From assembly GCA_024639925.1 (NCBI GenBank), contig JAHEGA010000001.1, positions 1 through 58,334 on the forward strand: a DNA stretch of 58,334 nt. The letters are read 5' to 3'. Source of the DNA: Microbacteriaceae bacterium (lineage in GTDB: Bacteria; Actinomycetota; Actinomycetes; Actinomycetales; Microbacteriaceae). Positions 48,840 through 57,688 of this stretch are shown piece after piece (position 1 is the stretch's first letter; each line of letters opens with the position of its first letter). The notes beneath the pieces are model-generated. The model ran no database searches and was not told the DNA's origin. It worked only from the letters and a program-made list of their open reading frames with translations. The translations under genes were made by a program, and so were the position numbers.

Positions 48840-49529
48840 ATGGGCCACTGGAGCGACTCGTTAGCCGTATTTGACACTGAGACCACGGGGATCGATACCC
48901 GTTTCTCTCGAATTGTCACCGCCTATGTCGGCCTTATTGACGCATCCGGAGGGGTGACAGAGTCTGCGGAGTGGCTCATTAACCCTGGGGTAGAAATCCC
49001 GGAGGCTGCCACCGCCGTCCACGGAATCAGTACTCAGTACGCCCGAGAGTACGGTGAGGAGCCCTCTGGCGCGGTTGCAGCCATAGCGGCGACTCTGGGA
49101 CAGTACTTTGAACGTGGCATCCCTGTCGTTGCTTACAACGCGTCCTATGATTTTTCAATACTTCATCACGAAATGATTCGCCACGGTCATGATCCGATCA
49201 CGAGCCCCCGGCCGATTGTTGACCCACTGGTGATCGACCGTGCTGTCGACCGCTACCGCCGGGGAAAGCGGACCCTACAAATGGCAACAGCCCACTACAT
49301 GGTGTCGTTTGACGACGCCCACACCGCCGATGCAGATGCTGTGGCCGCAGGCCGGGTGGCCCAAGCGATCGTCCGCGCCCATGCCGACGCTCTTCCCCAG
49401 ACGGCACAGGAGCTCCATGACCAGCAAATCGTCTGGTCAGAAGAGTGGGCAGAGAATTTTCAGGCGTTTCGACGCGGACGCGGCGAACCTGGTTTCACCG
49501 CAAGCGGTGAATGGCCGGTGCGGACCTAG
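48840..49529 (+). CDS. DEDDh 3'-5' exonuclease (DnaQ-like)
   Basis: ExoI 'FDTETTG', ExoII 'YNASYD', ExoIII 'AHTADADA'. Confidence 0.92.
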   Translation: MGHWSDSLAVFDTETTGIDTRFSRIVTAYVGLIDASGGVTESAEWLINPGVEIPEAATAVHGISTQYAREYGEEPSGAVAAIAATLGQYFERGIPVVAYNASYDFSILHHEMIRHGHDPITSPRPIVDPLVIDRAVDRYRRGKRTLQMATAHYMVSFDDAHTADADAVAAGRVAQAIVRAHADALPQTAQELHDQQIVWSEEWAENFQAFRRGRGEPGFTASGEWPVRT

Positions 49530-49781
49530 TTACTGACCGAAGTTCTTGAAGCGCTGGTTGAACTTCTCCACACGACCAGCAGAGTCGAGGATGCGCTGCT
49601 TGCCGGTGTAGAACGGGTGGGATGCACTAGAGATTTCAACGTCGATCACAGGGTAGGTGTTCCCGTCTTCCCACTCCATGGTCTTGTCGCTGGTCGCGGT
49701 GGAGCGGGTGAGAAAAGTCTCCCCCGAGGTGAGGTCACGGAACACGATCGGTGCGTATTCGGGGTGAATATCAGTCTTCAT
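49530..49781 (-). CDS. rpmE2: 50S ribosomal protein L31 type B (no Cys)
   Basis: 'MKTDIHPEY', '[12 protein letters not shown]', 'GRVEKF'. Confidence 0.96.
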   Translation of the reverse strand: MKTDIHPEYAPIVFRDLTSGETFLTRSTATSDKTMEWEDGNTYPVIDVEISSASHPFYTGKQRILDSAGRVEKFNQRFKNFGQ

Positions 49782-49850
49782 GGCAAATCCTTTGTCAAAC
49801 CGAGGCCAGCGAATCAGAATTCTGGCGAAGCTCCGACTTTACCAGGAAAA

Positions 49851-50633
49851 TCACAATGCTGTGGCGTGAAAACGTCCATCATTCTGGGTAACCGAAAGTG
49901 GGCGCCCAAATGCATCCGAGAGCACGGCCCCGGTGAGCGTGTCCTCTAGGGGTCCCTGAGCGACGACCTCTCCCCCAGCGATCACCAAGAGATGGGTGAA
50001 GCCCGGGGGAATTTCTTCGACGTGGTGCGTCACCATCACCATGGCGGGCGAGGATTCTTCGCTGGCAAAATGGTCCAGCATTTCAATGACGTCTTCGCGA
50101 GCACCCACATCCAAGCTGCCCGCAGGCTCATCGAGGAGCAACACCTCCGGGTCCGTCATCACTGCCCTGGCAATTTGCACCCGTTTGCGCTCGCCATCAG
50201 ACAGTGTTGCGATTCGCGCATCTGCGAGTTCGCCGAGATTCCACTCGTCCAAGACCCGCTTAGCGCGACGAATGTCGATATCTTCGTACTCTTCCCGCCA
50301 TCGCCCGGTCACCCCGTAAGCAGCGGTCAGGATGATGTTGAGCACTGTTTCGTTCGGGGGGATTCGCTTGGCCATATCGCTCGAAGCAAAACCCACACGA
50401 GGCCTCAGCTCAAAAACATCCGTGGTGCCGAGCTTTTCTCCCAACACGGTGACACTCCCACTGGTGGGATGAACAAAAGACGCCAGCAAACTCAAGAGTG
50501 TTGTCTTCCCGGCACCGTTGGGGCCCACGATCACCCAGCGTTGCGAGGAATCGATCTCCCAGTCGATGTGGGAGAGGATGCTCTTCCCTTCTCTCACGAC
50601 ACTGACGTCGTCGAAAGAAGCAATCTGGGGCAT
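49851..50633 (-). CDS. ABC transporter ATP-binding protein (stand-alone)
   Basis: 'GPNGAGKT', 'LSDGE', 'LLDEP', 'VTHH'. Confidence 0.9.
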   Translation of the reverse strand: MPQIASFDDVSVVREGKSILSHIDWEIDSSQRWVIVGPNGAGKTTLLSLLASFVHPTSGSVTVLGEKLGTTDVFELRPRVGFASSDMAKRIPPNETVLNIILTAAYGVTGRWREEYEDIDIRRAKRVLDEWNLGELADARIATLSDGERKRVQIARAVMTDPEVLLLDEPAGSLDVGAREDVIEMLDHFASEESSPAMVMVTHHVEEIPPGFTHLLVIAGGEVVAQGPLEDTLTGAVLSDAFGRPLSVTQNDGRFHATAL

Positions 50634-50694
50634 AGTTCCCCCAGACTACTGCACGCCTTCCGACCAGCAGGAGGCTTTCCACTACGCTGAAAAC

Positions 50695-51936
50695 GTGACC
50701 CAGACTAAAGCGTTTGGAATTGTTCTTGCCGGAGGTGAGGGCAAGCGACTGATGCCCTTGACAGCGGACCGTGCGAAGCCCGCCGTCCCCTTTGCCGGTC
50801 ATTACCGCCTGGTCGATTTCGCGATTTCCAACCTGATTAATTCGAGTCTTCGGCAGGTCGTTGTTCTCACCCAGTACAAATCCCATTCGCTTGATCGGCA
50901 TGTGTCCCAAATGTGGCGTCTCAGTGGCATGCTGAATGCTTATGTGGCGTCGGTTCCGGCCCAGCAGCGGTTGGGCAAGCGGTGGTTTGCCGGGTCCGCA
51001 GATGCCATTTTCCAGAGCCTGAATCTCATCGGCGACGAGAAACCAGACATTGTTGTCGTTGTGGGAGCAGACCACGTCTATCGCATGGACTTTCAGCAAA
51101 TGATCGATGCGCACCTTGAGAGTGGTGCGGGTGTCACGGTCGCTGGAATACGCCAGCCCCGCGAGCTGTCTGATCAGTTCGGCGTGATCACCACGGATTC
51201 CGGCGATTCTTCGCGAATAAAGGCCTTCACGGAAAAGCCCACAGATCCCGAGGGTCTCGCTGACTCGCCTGATGAAGTGTTGGCGTCCATGGGCAACTAC
51301 GTGTTCACCACGGAAGCTCTTGTGGACGCCGTCCGAGCAGATGCCAAGGATGTCGAATCTGATCACGACATGGGCGGTGACATCATTCCCGCGTTTGTAG
51401 AGCGTGGAGAAGCATTCGTCTATGACCTGAACCGCAACACGATTCCTGGCGCGCGAAAGACCGATCGTTTTTATTGGCGCGATGTCGGGACAATCGACGC
51501 GTTTTTCGACGCCCATCAGGATCTCATTTCGATTGACCCTGCCTTCAACTTGTTCAACGCGGAATGGCCTATCTATTCGCAGCAATGGAACTCCCCACCC
51601 GCCAAGTTTGTTCAAGACCAACACGGCAACCCCGGGTCACTCTCTGAATCGACGGTGTCACTGGGCTGTTATGTGGTGGGCGCTTCTGTGCTGCGCAGTG
51701 TTTTGGGTCCTTGGGTCAAGATCGACTCCGGCGCTACAGTCGAGGATTCCATCCTGTTTGAGAGAGTCGTCGTGGGCGCGGGAGCCAAAATTGCTCGGGC
51801 AATCCTTGACAAGAATGTTGTGGTGGAGCCAGGCGCTCATGTCGGAATTGATCCTGTGGCCGACCGGGAACGGGGTTTTACGCTGTCGGAGGGCGGCGTC
51901 ACCGTCGTGGAGAAGGGCACCGTGGTTCGAGCGTGA
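50695..51936 (+). CDS. glgC: Glucose-1-phosphate adenylyltransferase
   Basis: '[20 protein letters not shown]', 'ADHVY', 'FTEKP', 'ASMGNY', 'YWRDVGT'; GTG 50695. Confidence 0.95.
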   Translation: MTQTKAFGIVLAGGEGKRLMPLTADRAKPAVPFAGHYRLVDFAISNLINSSLRQVVVLTQYKSHSLDRHVSQMWRLSGMLNAYVASVPAQQRLGKRWFAGSADAIFQSLNLIGDEKPDIVVVVGADHVYRMDFQQMIDAHLESGAGVTVAGIRQPRELSDQFGVITTDSGDSSRIKAFTEKPTDPEGLADSPDEVLASMGNYVFTTEALVDAVRADAKDVESDHDMGGDIIPAFVERGEAFVYDLNRNTIPGARKTDRFYWRDVGTIDAFFDAHQDLISIDPAFNLFNAEWPIYSQQWNSPPAKFVQDQHGNPGSLSESTVSLGCYVVGASVLRSVLGPWVKIDSGATVEDSILFERVVVGAGAKIARAILDKNVVVEPGAHVGIDPVADRERGFTLSEGGVTVVEKGTVVRA

Positions 51937-52586
51937 CCCAGGAGAGGAAACTGATCGTCCTCGACGTCGATTCCACGTTGACCCAGGATGAAGGAATCGA
52001 CCTTCTGGCTCAGTATGTTTCTGCAGAGGCTGCTCAGCAGGTTGAAACAATCACTGCGCGAGCAATGGCCGGTGAGCTTGATTTTGCTGCCTCTCTGACT
52101 GCGCGTGTAGAAGCACTCGCAGGGCTCTCCTTGGCCGATGTGGCGGCGGCAACCGCGCGGGTGCGCCTCAGCGTGGGAGCACAAGTGCTCATAGACTGCG
52201 CCCACGCAGCGGGGCACCTCGTGGGCGCGGTGTCAGGTGGGTTTCACGAGATGATCGACCCGCTAGCGAGCGAACTGGGACTCGATATGCACCGTGCTAA
52301 TCGGTTCGAGACGCGCGACGGACGCCTTACCGGTCGGGTTGACGGCCCCATCGTGGATGCCCGCACCAAGGAGGAAACCCTCCGGAAATGGGCCGAAGCA
52401 TCCGGGATCCCCATGGGCAACACCGTGGCGGTGGGCGACGGGGGAAACGACGTGCTCATGCTGGCGGCTGCCGGCCTAGGTATTGCCTATATGGCTAAGC
52501 CGGTTACTCGGGACGCAGCTGATCGTGCGATTGACACCCCTGACTTGTCCTTGGTCCTCGACGAGGTGGGCATCCCGAGGGTTTAG
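51933..52586 (+). CDS. serB: Phosphoserine phosphatase
   Basis: 'DVDSTL', '[16 protein letters not shown]', 'VSGGF', 'GDGGND'. Confidence 0.92.
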   Translation: MTQERKLIVLDVDSTLTQDEGIDLLAQYVSAEAAQQVETITARAMAGELDFAASLTARVEALAGLSLADVAAATARVRLSVGAQVLIDCAHAAGHLVGAVSGGFHEMIDPLASELGLDMHRANRFETRDGRLTGRVDGPIVDARTKEETLRKWAEASGIPMGNTVAVGDGGNDVLMLAAAGLGIAYMAKPVTRDAADRAIDTPDLSLVLDEVGIPRV

Positions 52587-53293
52587 TGCCCCATCCCCAG
52601 TCCACCATCGACCGGGATTACTGCCCCGGAAATATACGCAGATTCGTCACCAGCAAGCCAGACAACCGCGGCGGCAACCTCGTCCGGGGTGGCAAAGCGA
52701 CCAGCGGGTATCGAGCCCAGATAGGCCTCACGCTGAGCTTCGGGGAGGGCTTGGGTCATATCGGTGTCAATAAACCCCGGTGCAACAACGTTGGCGGTAA
52801 TCCCCCGGCCACCGAGCTCACGCGTCAAGGAGCGCGCGAGCCCTACCAAGCCCGCTTTGGCTGCCGAATAATTCACCTGACCAGGAGAGCCATACAGCCC
52901 GACGACGCTCGAGATCAGCACCACTCGGCCAAACTTCTGCTTCATCATGGATTTGATGCTGCGCTTCACGACGCGAAAAACACCGGACAGGTTCGTGTCG
53001 ATGACGTCGTCAAAATCGTCATCGCTCATTCGGATGAGCAACATGTCCCTCGTAATTCCGGCATTGGCGACCACCACCTCGATGGGACCGAGAGCGGCCT
53101 CGACTTCGGAAATCGCAGCATCCAGGGATGCCCCATCAGTTACGTCAGCGACGACGGTCAGAGAGCCGGCAGGTCCCTCACCGGATCGTGCGGTCACAGC
53201 AACACGGTGGCCGTCCGCCACAAATCGCTCCGCGATGGAAAAACCGATCCCTCGGTTGCCGCCGGTAATTAGAACGGTACGTGGAGTTCCCAT
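52583..53293 (-). CDS. fabG: 3-oxoacyl-ACP reductase
   Basis: 'TGGNRGIG', 'NAGITRD', 'NYSAAKAG', 'PGFIDTDM', 'VDGGLGMGH'. Confidence 0.93.
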   Translation of the reverse strand: MGTPRTVLITGGNRGIGFSIAERFVADGHRVAVTARSGEGPAGSLTVVADVTDGASLDAAISEVEAALGPIEVVVANAGITRDMLLIRMSDDDFDDVIDTNLSGVFRVVKRSIKSMMKQKFGRVVLISSVVGLYGSPGQVNYSAAKAGLVGLARSLTRELGGRGITANVVAPGFIDTDMTQALPEAQREAYLGSIPAGRFATPDEVAAAVVWLAGDESAYISGAVIPVDGGLGMGH

Positions 53294-53336
53294 GCTCTCA
53301 AGCCTATTAGCAGGTGGGTGTCCTACGATGAGTCCA

Positions 53337-53603
53337 ATGACTCAATTGCCATCAGCAACATCCCTGGGTGTTGCTCCCGAAGCGGAGCGCCGTGGGCGAA
53401 TGCTCAAGTATTCGCTTGCGATGGGAATTCGCCTTGCCTGCATCGGAGCGTGTTTTCTGGTCTCCGGCTGGTGGTTACTGCTCCCAGCCTTGGGCGCCAT
53501 TCTTCTACCGTATTTTGCCGTGGTTCTGGCCAATTCGGTGACGCCCTCGCGTTCTAGAGGGCCGGAACGACCCGGTGCGGTGGTCGTTACCTCACTGCGG
53601 TGA
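53337..53603 (+). CDS. DUF3099-type small membrane protein
   Basis: 'RMLKYSLAMGIRLAC', 'LPYFAVVLAN'; divergent from fabG. Confidence 0.8.
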   Translation: MTQLPSATSLGVAPEAERRGRMLKYSLAMGIRLACIGACFLVSGWWLLLPALGAILLPYFAVVLANSVTPSRSRGPERPGAVVVTSLR

Positions 53604-53818
53604 TTATTCCCGGTGCTCCCGCACCTGACGTACGTTGTTCGCGAACCTCTTGTGGTTTAGGTCCCGAGTGGGAGATCCATTGGCGGAACCCCAAAATTCA
53701 TACTGCTGATCGTGTGAAAGTGTGGCTGTCCTGCGGCGACCATAGGGATTACTTTGTGGGATACCTCGAGCAGCGAAATTTTCCTGTGTCCGCCGTTGCC
53801 TACGGAGGCGAGAAGTAG
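53600..53818 (+). CDS. Conserved hypothetical small Cys/His protein
   Basis: 'CSRTSC', 'WRNPKIH..DRVKVWLSCGDH'; GTGA overlap with the upstream gene. Confidence 0.75.
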   Translation: MIIPGAPAPDVRCSRTSCGLGPEWEIHWRNPKIHTADRVKVWLSCGDHRDYFVGYLEQRNFPVSAVAYGGEK

Positions 53819-53819
53819 C

Positions 53820-54620
53820 GTGTTATCCCAGCTGTTTAGCTCGCGCTGGATGGGCTACTTCGCCCTGACGCTAGTCTTCGCTCTGGTCGCAACTTTCTTT
53901 GGACTCTGGCAGTGGGATCGACGCGGACAAGCCGTCGCTGCGATGGAGCTTGTGGAGAACAACTGGGATGCCGCCCCCGTGATGCTAGCCGAGTTCCGCG
54001 AGCAGCATTCTGTGGCGACAGAAGCTGAGCAATGGACTCCGATTAGCCTTGGAGGGCGTTACCTGGCGGACGAGCAGCTCCTCGTCCGGACCCGGCCACG
54101 CGCGGGAGTCGTCGGATTCGAGGTGCTGGTGCCCCTCGAGACAGCCTCAGAGACCGTGCTGATTTCTCGCGGGTGGGTGGCCACCGGAGAGAGCAGCGAT
54201 TTTCCCGATCTGATTCCCGCGCCGCCCGCGGGCGATGTGCGAGTCATGGGTCGAGTGAAAATGTGGGAACCGGCGCTCAGAGGGCGCGGAGCCCCCGATG
54301 GGCAAGTAGCGACCATCAATAGAGAGGATGTCCAAGCCCAAGTTTCGGCAGAACTCACGGCCGACTTCTTCCTCGTGGTCGACAGCGAGACGCCTCGGCC
54401 CGCGGTAACGCCACTCGGGGCCCAGCGGCCCGTGCTCGACGAGGGCCCCCACCTCAGCTACACGTTTCAGTGGTTTCTTTTCGCCCTGATGGCGTTCATC
54501 GGTTACGGCTGGTTGTTTCGTCAGGAGTGGCGAGCAAGCAAAGGCCTGCCCGCTCGGCGTGAGCGAAAAGCGTCAGATGCCGAAGAAGAAGACGCGCTGC
54601 TGGAGCACAGCGGCTACTAA
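53820..54620 (+). CDS. SURF1 family protein
   Basis: 'GLWQWDR', 'GFEVLVPL', 'ISRGWV', 'HLSYTFQWFLFA'. Confidence 0.9.
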   Translation: MLSQLFSSRWMGYFALTLVFALVATFFGLWQWDRRGQAVAAMELVENNWDAAPVMLAEFREQHSVATEAEQWTPISLGGRYLADEQLLVRTRPRAGVVGFEVLVPLETASETVLISRGWVATGESSDFPDLIPAPPAGDVRVMGRVKMWEPALRGRGAPDGQVATINREDVQAQVSAELTADFFLVVDSETPRPAVTPLGAQRPVLDEGPHLSYTFQWFLFALMAFIGYGWLFRQEWRASKGLPARRERKASDAEEEDALLEHSGY

Positions 54621-56215
54621 GCCAGTGCCACAAGGTCGGCGTATTCGTCACTCCAGTGATCCTCGACGCCATCCGGCATGATCAGAACTCGCTCGGGGTT
54701 GAGCGCCAATACCGCACCGTCATCGTGGCTGACCAGAATTACTGATCCCGAATAGTGCGCCAACGCATCCAGGATTTCTTCCCTAGACGCTGGGTCAAGG
54801 TTGTTCGTCGGCTCATCCAACAGGAGAACGTTCGCCTTGGACACGACCAAGGTGGCGAGAGAAAGCCTGGTTTTTTCGCCGCCGGAAAGAACACCGGCGG
54901 GTTTCAGAACATCATCACCCGTGAACAGGAACGAGCCGAGCACCGATCGCGCTTCTCGCTCTCCGATGTTCGGGGCAGACGAAAGCATGTTGGCCAAAAC
55001 TGTGCGGTCAACGTCGAGGGTTTCGTGCTCCTGGGCGTAGTAGCCGATGCGCAAACCGTGACCAGCTTCAATGACACCGGTGTCGGGTTGGTCGACGCCG
55101 GCAAGAATTCGCAACAGTGTCGTCTTGCCCGCGCCGTTGAGCCCGACAATAACGACTTTGGACCCTCGGTCAATGGCGAGGTCTACCGCGGTGAAGATTT
55201 CGAGCGAACCGTAGCTCTTGGAGAGGTTGTGCCCATAGAGGGGGGTCTTCCCGCACGCCGCGGGCTCGGGGAAGCGCAACTTCGCCACCCGCTCAGTTCC
55301 TCGGACGTCTTCGAGCCCTGACAACATCTTCTCGGCACGGGCCGCCATCTGGTGGGCGGCTGAGGCTTTACTGGCTTTGGCGCCGAAACGCGCGGCCTGT
55401 TGCTGAAGCGCCGTTGCCTTCTTCTCTGTGATGCTGCGCTCTTTGCGTCGCCGCTCTTCGTCCGCTTCGCGTTGCCGCAGGTAATGCTTCCACGACATGT
55501 TGTAGACGTCGATCGTCGAACGGAGGGCGTCGAGGTAAAACACGCGGTTCACCGTTTCTTCCACTAGTCCAACGTCGTGGGAGATGACGATCACTCCTCC
55601 CTGGTAGCTCTGCAGAAAGTTACGCAACCACACAACCGAGTCTGCGTCGAGGTGATTGGTGGGTTCGTCCAACACCATCAACGGTGCGTTCTGGAAGAGG
55701 ATTCTTGCCAGTTCGATACGCCGCCGCTGACCTCCGGACAGTGTCCCCAACGCCTGGTCCAAGATTGCGGGAGGAAGATTCAAATGCGAAGCGATGGTGG
55801 CGGCCTCTGCTTCGGCTTGATAACCGCCTGCGGCCAGGAATTCGTCATTGACGCGGCCATACTTTTTCATGGCGCTGGCGGATATCGCGTCGTCAGGACT
55901 CGCCATGTCCGCCGTGGCTTTGCCCATCGCCTCCATGAGATCACCTAAACCGCGGGCGTTCAGGATTCGAGTCCGCGCGGACTCCTCCGGGTTCGCTGCC
56001 CGCGGATCCTGAGGGAGGTATCCCACGTTGCCGGATACTCGGGCGAACCCCTCGGTCGCGGGAAAGTCCCCGGCGATGACCTTGGTGAGCGTTGTTTTCC
56101 CGGCACCATTGCGGCCGACAAGTCCCACCTTGTCACCGACGTCAACGCGGAAGGACACCCCATCTAGCAGGACGCGCGCGCCAATTCGAATTTGGAGGTC
56201 ACTAACCTCGAGCAT
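54617..56215 (-). CDS. ABC-F family ATPase
   Basis: Two NBDs (GRNGAGKT/LSGGQ/DEPTNHLD and GLNGAGKT/LSGGE/DEPTNNLD), no TM domain. Confidence 0.93.
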   Translation of the reverse strand: MLEVSDLQIRIGARVLLDGVSFRVDVGDKVGLVGRNGAGKTTLTKVIAGDFPATEGFARVSGNVGYLPQDPRAANPEESARTRILNARGLGDLMEAMGKATADMASPDDAISASAMKKYGRVNDEFLAAGGYQAEAEAATIASHLNLPPAILDQALGTLSGGQRRRIELARILFQNAPLMVLDEPTNHLDADSVVWLRNFLQSYQGGVIVISHDVGLVEETVNRVFYLDALRSTIDVYNMSWKHYLRQREADEERRRKERSITEKKATALQQQAARFGAKASKASAAHQMAARAEKMLSGLEDVRGTERVAKLRFPEPAACGKTPLYGHNLSKSYGSLEIFTAVDLAIDRGSKVVIVGLNGAGKTTLLRILAGVDQPDTGVIEAGHGLRIGYYAQEHETLDVDRTVLANMLSSAPNIGEREARSVLGSFLFTGDDVLKPAGVLSGGEKTRLSLATLVVSKANVLLLDEPTNNLDPASREEILDALAHYSGSVILVSHDDGAVLALNPERVLIMPDGVEDHWSDEYADLVALA

Positions 56216-56249
56216 TATTCACCGCCGTGCCCTGGGCCCACGCGGGACA

Positions 56250-56582
56250 TCAAATGGAGAATCCGAGGGCCCTCATCATGTCTCGACCATCAGCGGTAAT
56301 GCGCTCCTGGCCCCACGGGGGCATCCACACCCAGTTAATGCGAAAGCGCTCAACAATCCCGTCCATACTCTTGGTGATTTCTTCTTCAATCACATCGGTT
56401 AACGGGCATCCCGCCGACGTCAAGGTCATGCTCACGATGAGTGCGTCTTCCTCGTCGTCCCAAGAGAGGTCATAAATGAGGCCGAGGTCAACGATATTGA
56501 CCCCCAACTCGGGGTCGATGACGTCTTTGAGGCCTTCTTCGACCTGGTCAAACTTCGCGGGTTCTAGAGCGATCGTAGCCAT
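56250..56582 (-). CDS. sufT: SufT / DUF59 Fe-S maturation protein
   Basis: 'DVIDPELGVNIVDLGLIY', 'TLTSAGCP', 'WMPPW'. Confidence 0.9.
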   Translation of the reverse strand: MATIALEPAKFDQVEEGLKDVIDPELGVNIVDLGLIYDLSWDDEEDALIVSMTLTSAGCPLTDVIEEEITKSMDGIVERFRINWVWMPPWGQERITADGRDMMRALGFSI

Positions 56583-56585
56583 CGT

Positions 56586-57353
56586 CTACTGCGCTGACGC
56601 CGAAGTGCTCTGGTAACGGTCATAGCCCTCATCCTCCAGCTTGGTGGCGAGTTCCGGCCCACCACTCTCGGCCACGACACCGTCGACCATGACATGGACG
56701 AAGTCGGGGGTGATGTATTTGAGAATGCGCGTGTAGTGGGTAATCAGAAGTACGCCCAAGCCCGTGTTCGCTTTCGCCCGGTTGACTCCTGCTCCTACAA
56801 TCTTGAGAGCATCGACATCGAGGCCCGAGTCGGTCTCATCCAAGACCGCAAACTTCGGTCGAAGGAGCTCCAGCTGCATAATCTCGTGGCGCTTCTTCTC
56901 GCCGCCGGAGAACCCTTCGTTGACGTTCCTCTGGGCAAAACCAGGTTCCATCTTGAGCTCTTCCATCGCACCGTTGAGTTCTTTCACCCAGTCGCGCAGT
57001 GCAGGAGCAGTGCCGTCGATCGCTGTTTTTGCGGTTCGCAAGAAGTTGGTCACGGTCACTCCCGGAATCTCCACCGGATACTGCATTGCCAGGAAGAGCC
57101 CGGCTTTTGCACGTTCGTCGGGCGACATCGCAAGGACATCTTCGCCATCCAGTGTGATTGAGCCCTCAGTCACCGCATACCGGGGGTGTCCAGCAATCGT
57201 GTAGGCGAGAGTGGATTTACCAGAGCCGTTGGGACCCATGATCGCGTGGGTGGCGTTCTGATCAAGCGAGAGGGTAACTCCCTTGAGGATGTTGATCGGG
57301 CCGCTGTCGGTCTCGATGGAAACGTGGAGGTTCGTGATGTCCAGGGTGCTCAT
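56586..57353 (-). CDS. sufC: Fe-S cluster assembly ATPase SufC
   Basis: 'MGPNGSGKST', 'NEGFSGGEKKR', 'LDETDSGLD', 'ITHY'. Confidence 0.96.
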   Translation of the reverse strand: MSTLDITNLHVSIETDSGPINILKGVTLSLDQNATHAIMGPNGSGKSTLAYTIAGHPRYAVTEGSITLDGEDVLAMSPDERAKAGLFLAMQYPVEIPGVTVTNFLRTAKTAIDGTAPALRDWVKELNGAMEELKMEPGFAQRNVNEGFSGGEKKRHEIMQLELLRPKFAVLDETDSGLDVDALKIVGAGVNRAKANTGLGVLLITHYTRILKYITPDFVHVMVDGVVAESGGPELATKLEDEGYDRYQSTSASAQ

Positions 57354-57688
57354 GCGGGGGTGCTTTCTGGGGTGTGGGGTGTGGGGTCGATGTAAACGTC
57401 ACCATCGGTGATGGTGACTGAGTAGACGGGAACGGGCTCGAAAGCCGGAAAATTCTGAGGCTTGCCGGTGGAGAGGTCAAACTTTGAGCCGTGAGCCCAA
57501 CACTCCAACGTATTGTCTTCCACGAACCCCTCAGCAAGAGAGATTTCTCCGTGGCTGCAGGTGTCCCCAATCGCATGGATATCCCCGGCTGAGTCCTTCA
57601 CCAGAGCAATCGGAACACCGTCGATCGTGACTTTGACCGCCGTGGAGACAGTGATGTCCTCTGCGGAACAGACTTTTACAGCACTCAT
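57350..57688 (-). CDS. Rieske-type ferredoxin of the suf operon
   Basis: 'CSH' and 'CWAHGSKF' Rieske ligands; between sufD and sufC. Confidence 0.9.
   Translation of the reverse strand: MSAVKVCSAEDITVSTAVKVTIDGVPIALVKDSAGDIHAIGDTCSHGEISLAEGFVEDNTLECWAHGSKFDLSTGKPQNFPAFEPVPVYSVTITDGDVYIDPTPHTPESTPA

Noticed and set aside
8680-52750. KOPS-like GGGNAGGG octamers polarised toward dif
   Set aside because: Copies spotted by eye occur in both orientations: concordant near 8680, 14319, 24231 and 37924, discordant near 9408, 22556 and 52742. No polarity can be claimed without a full count.
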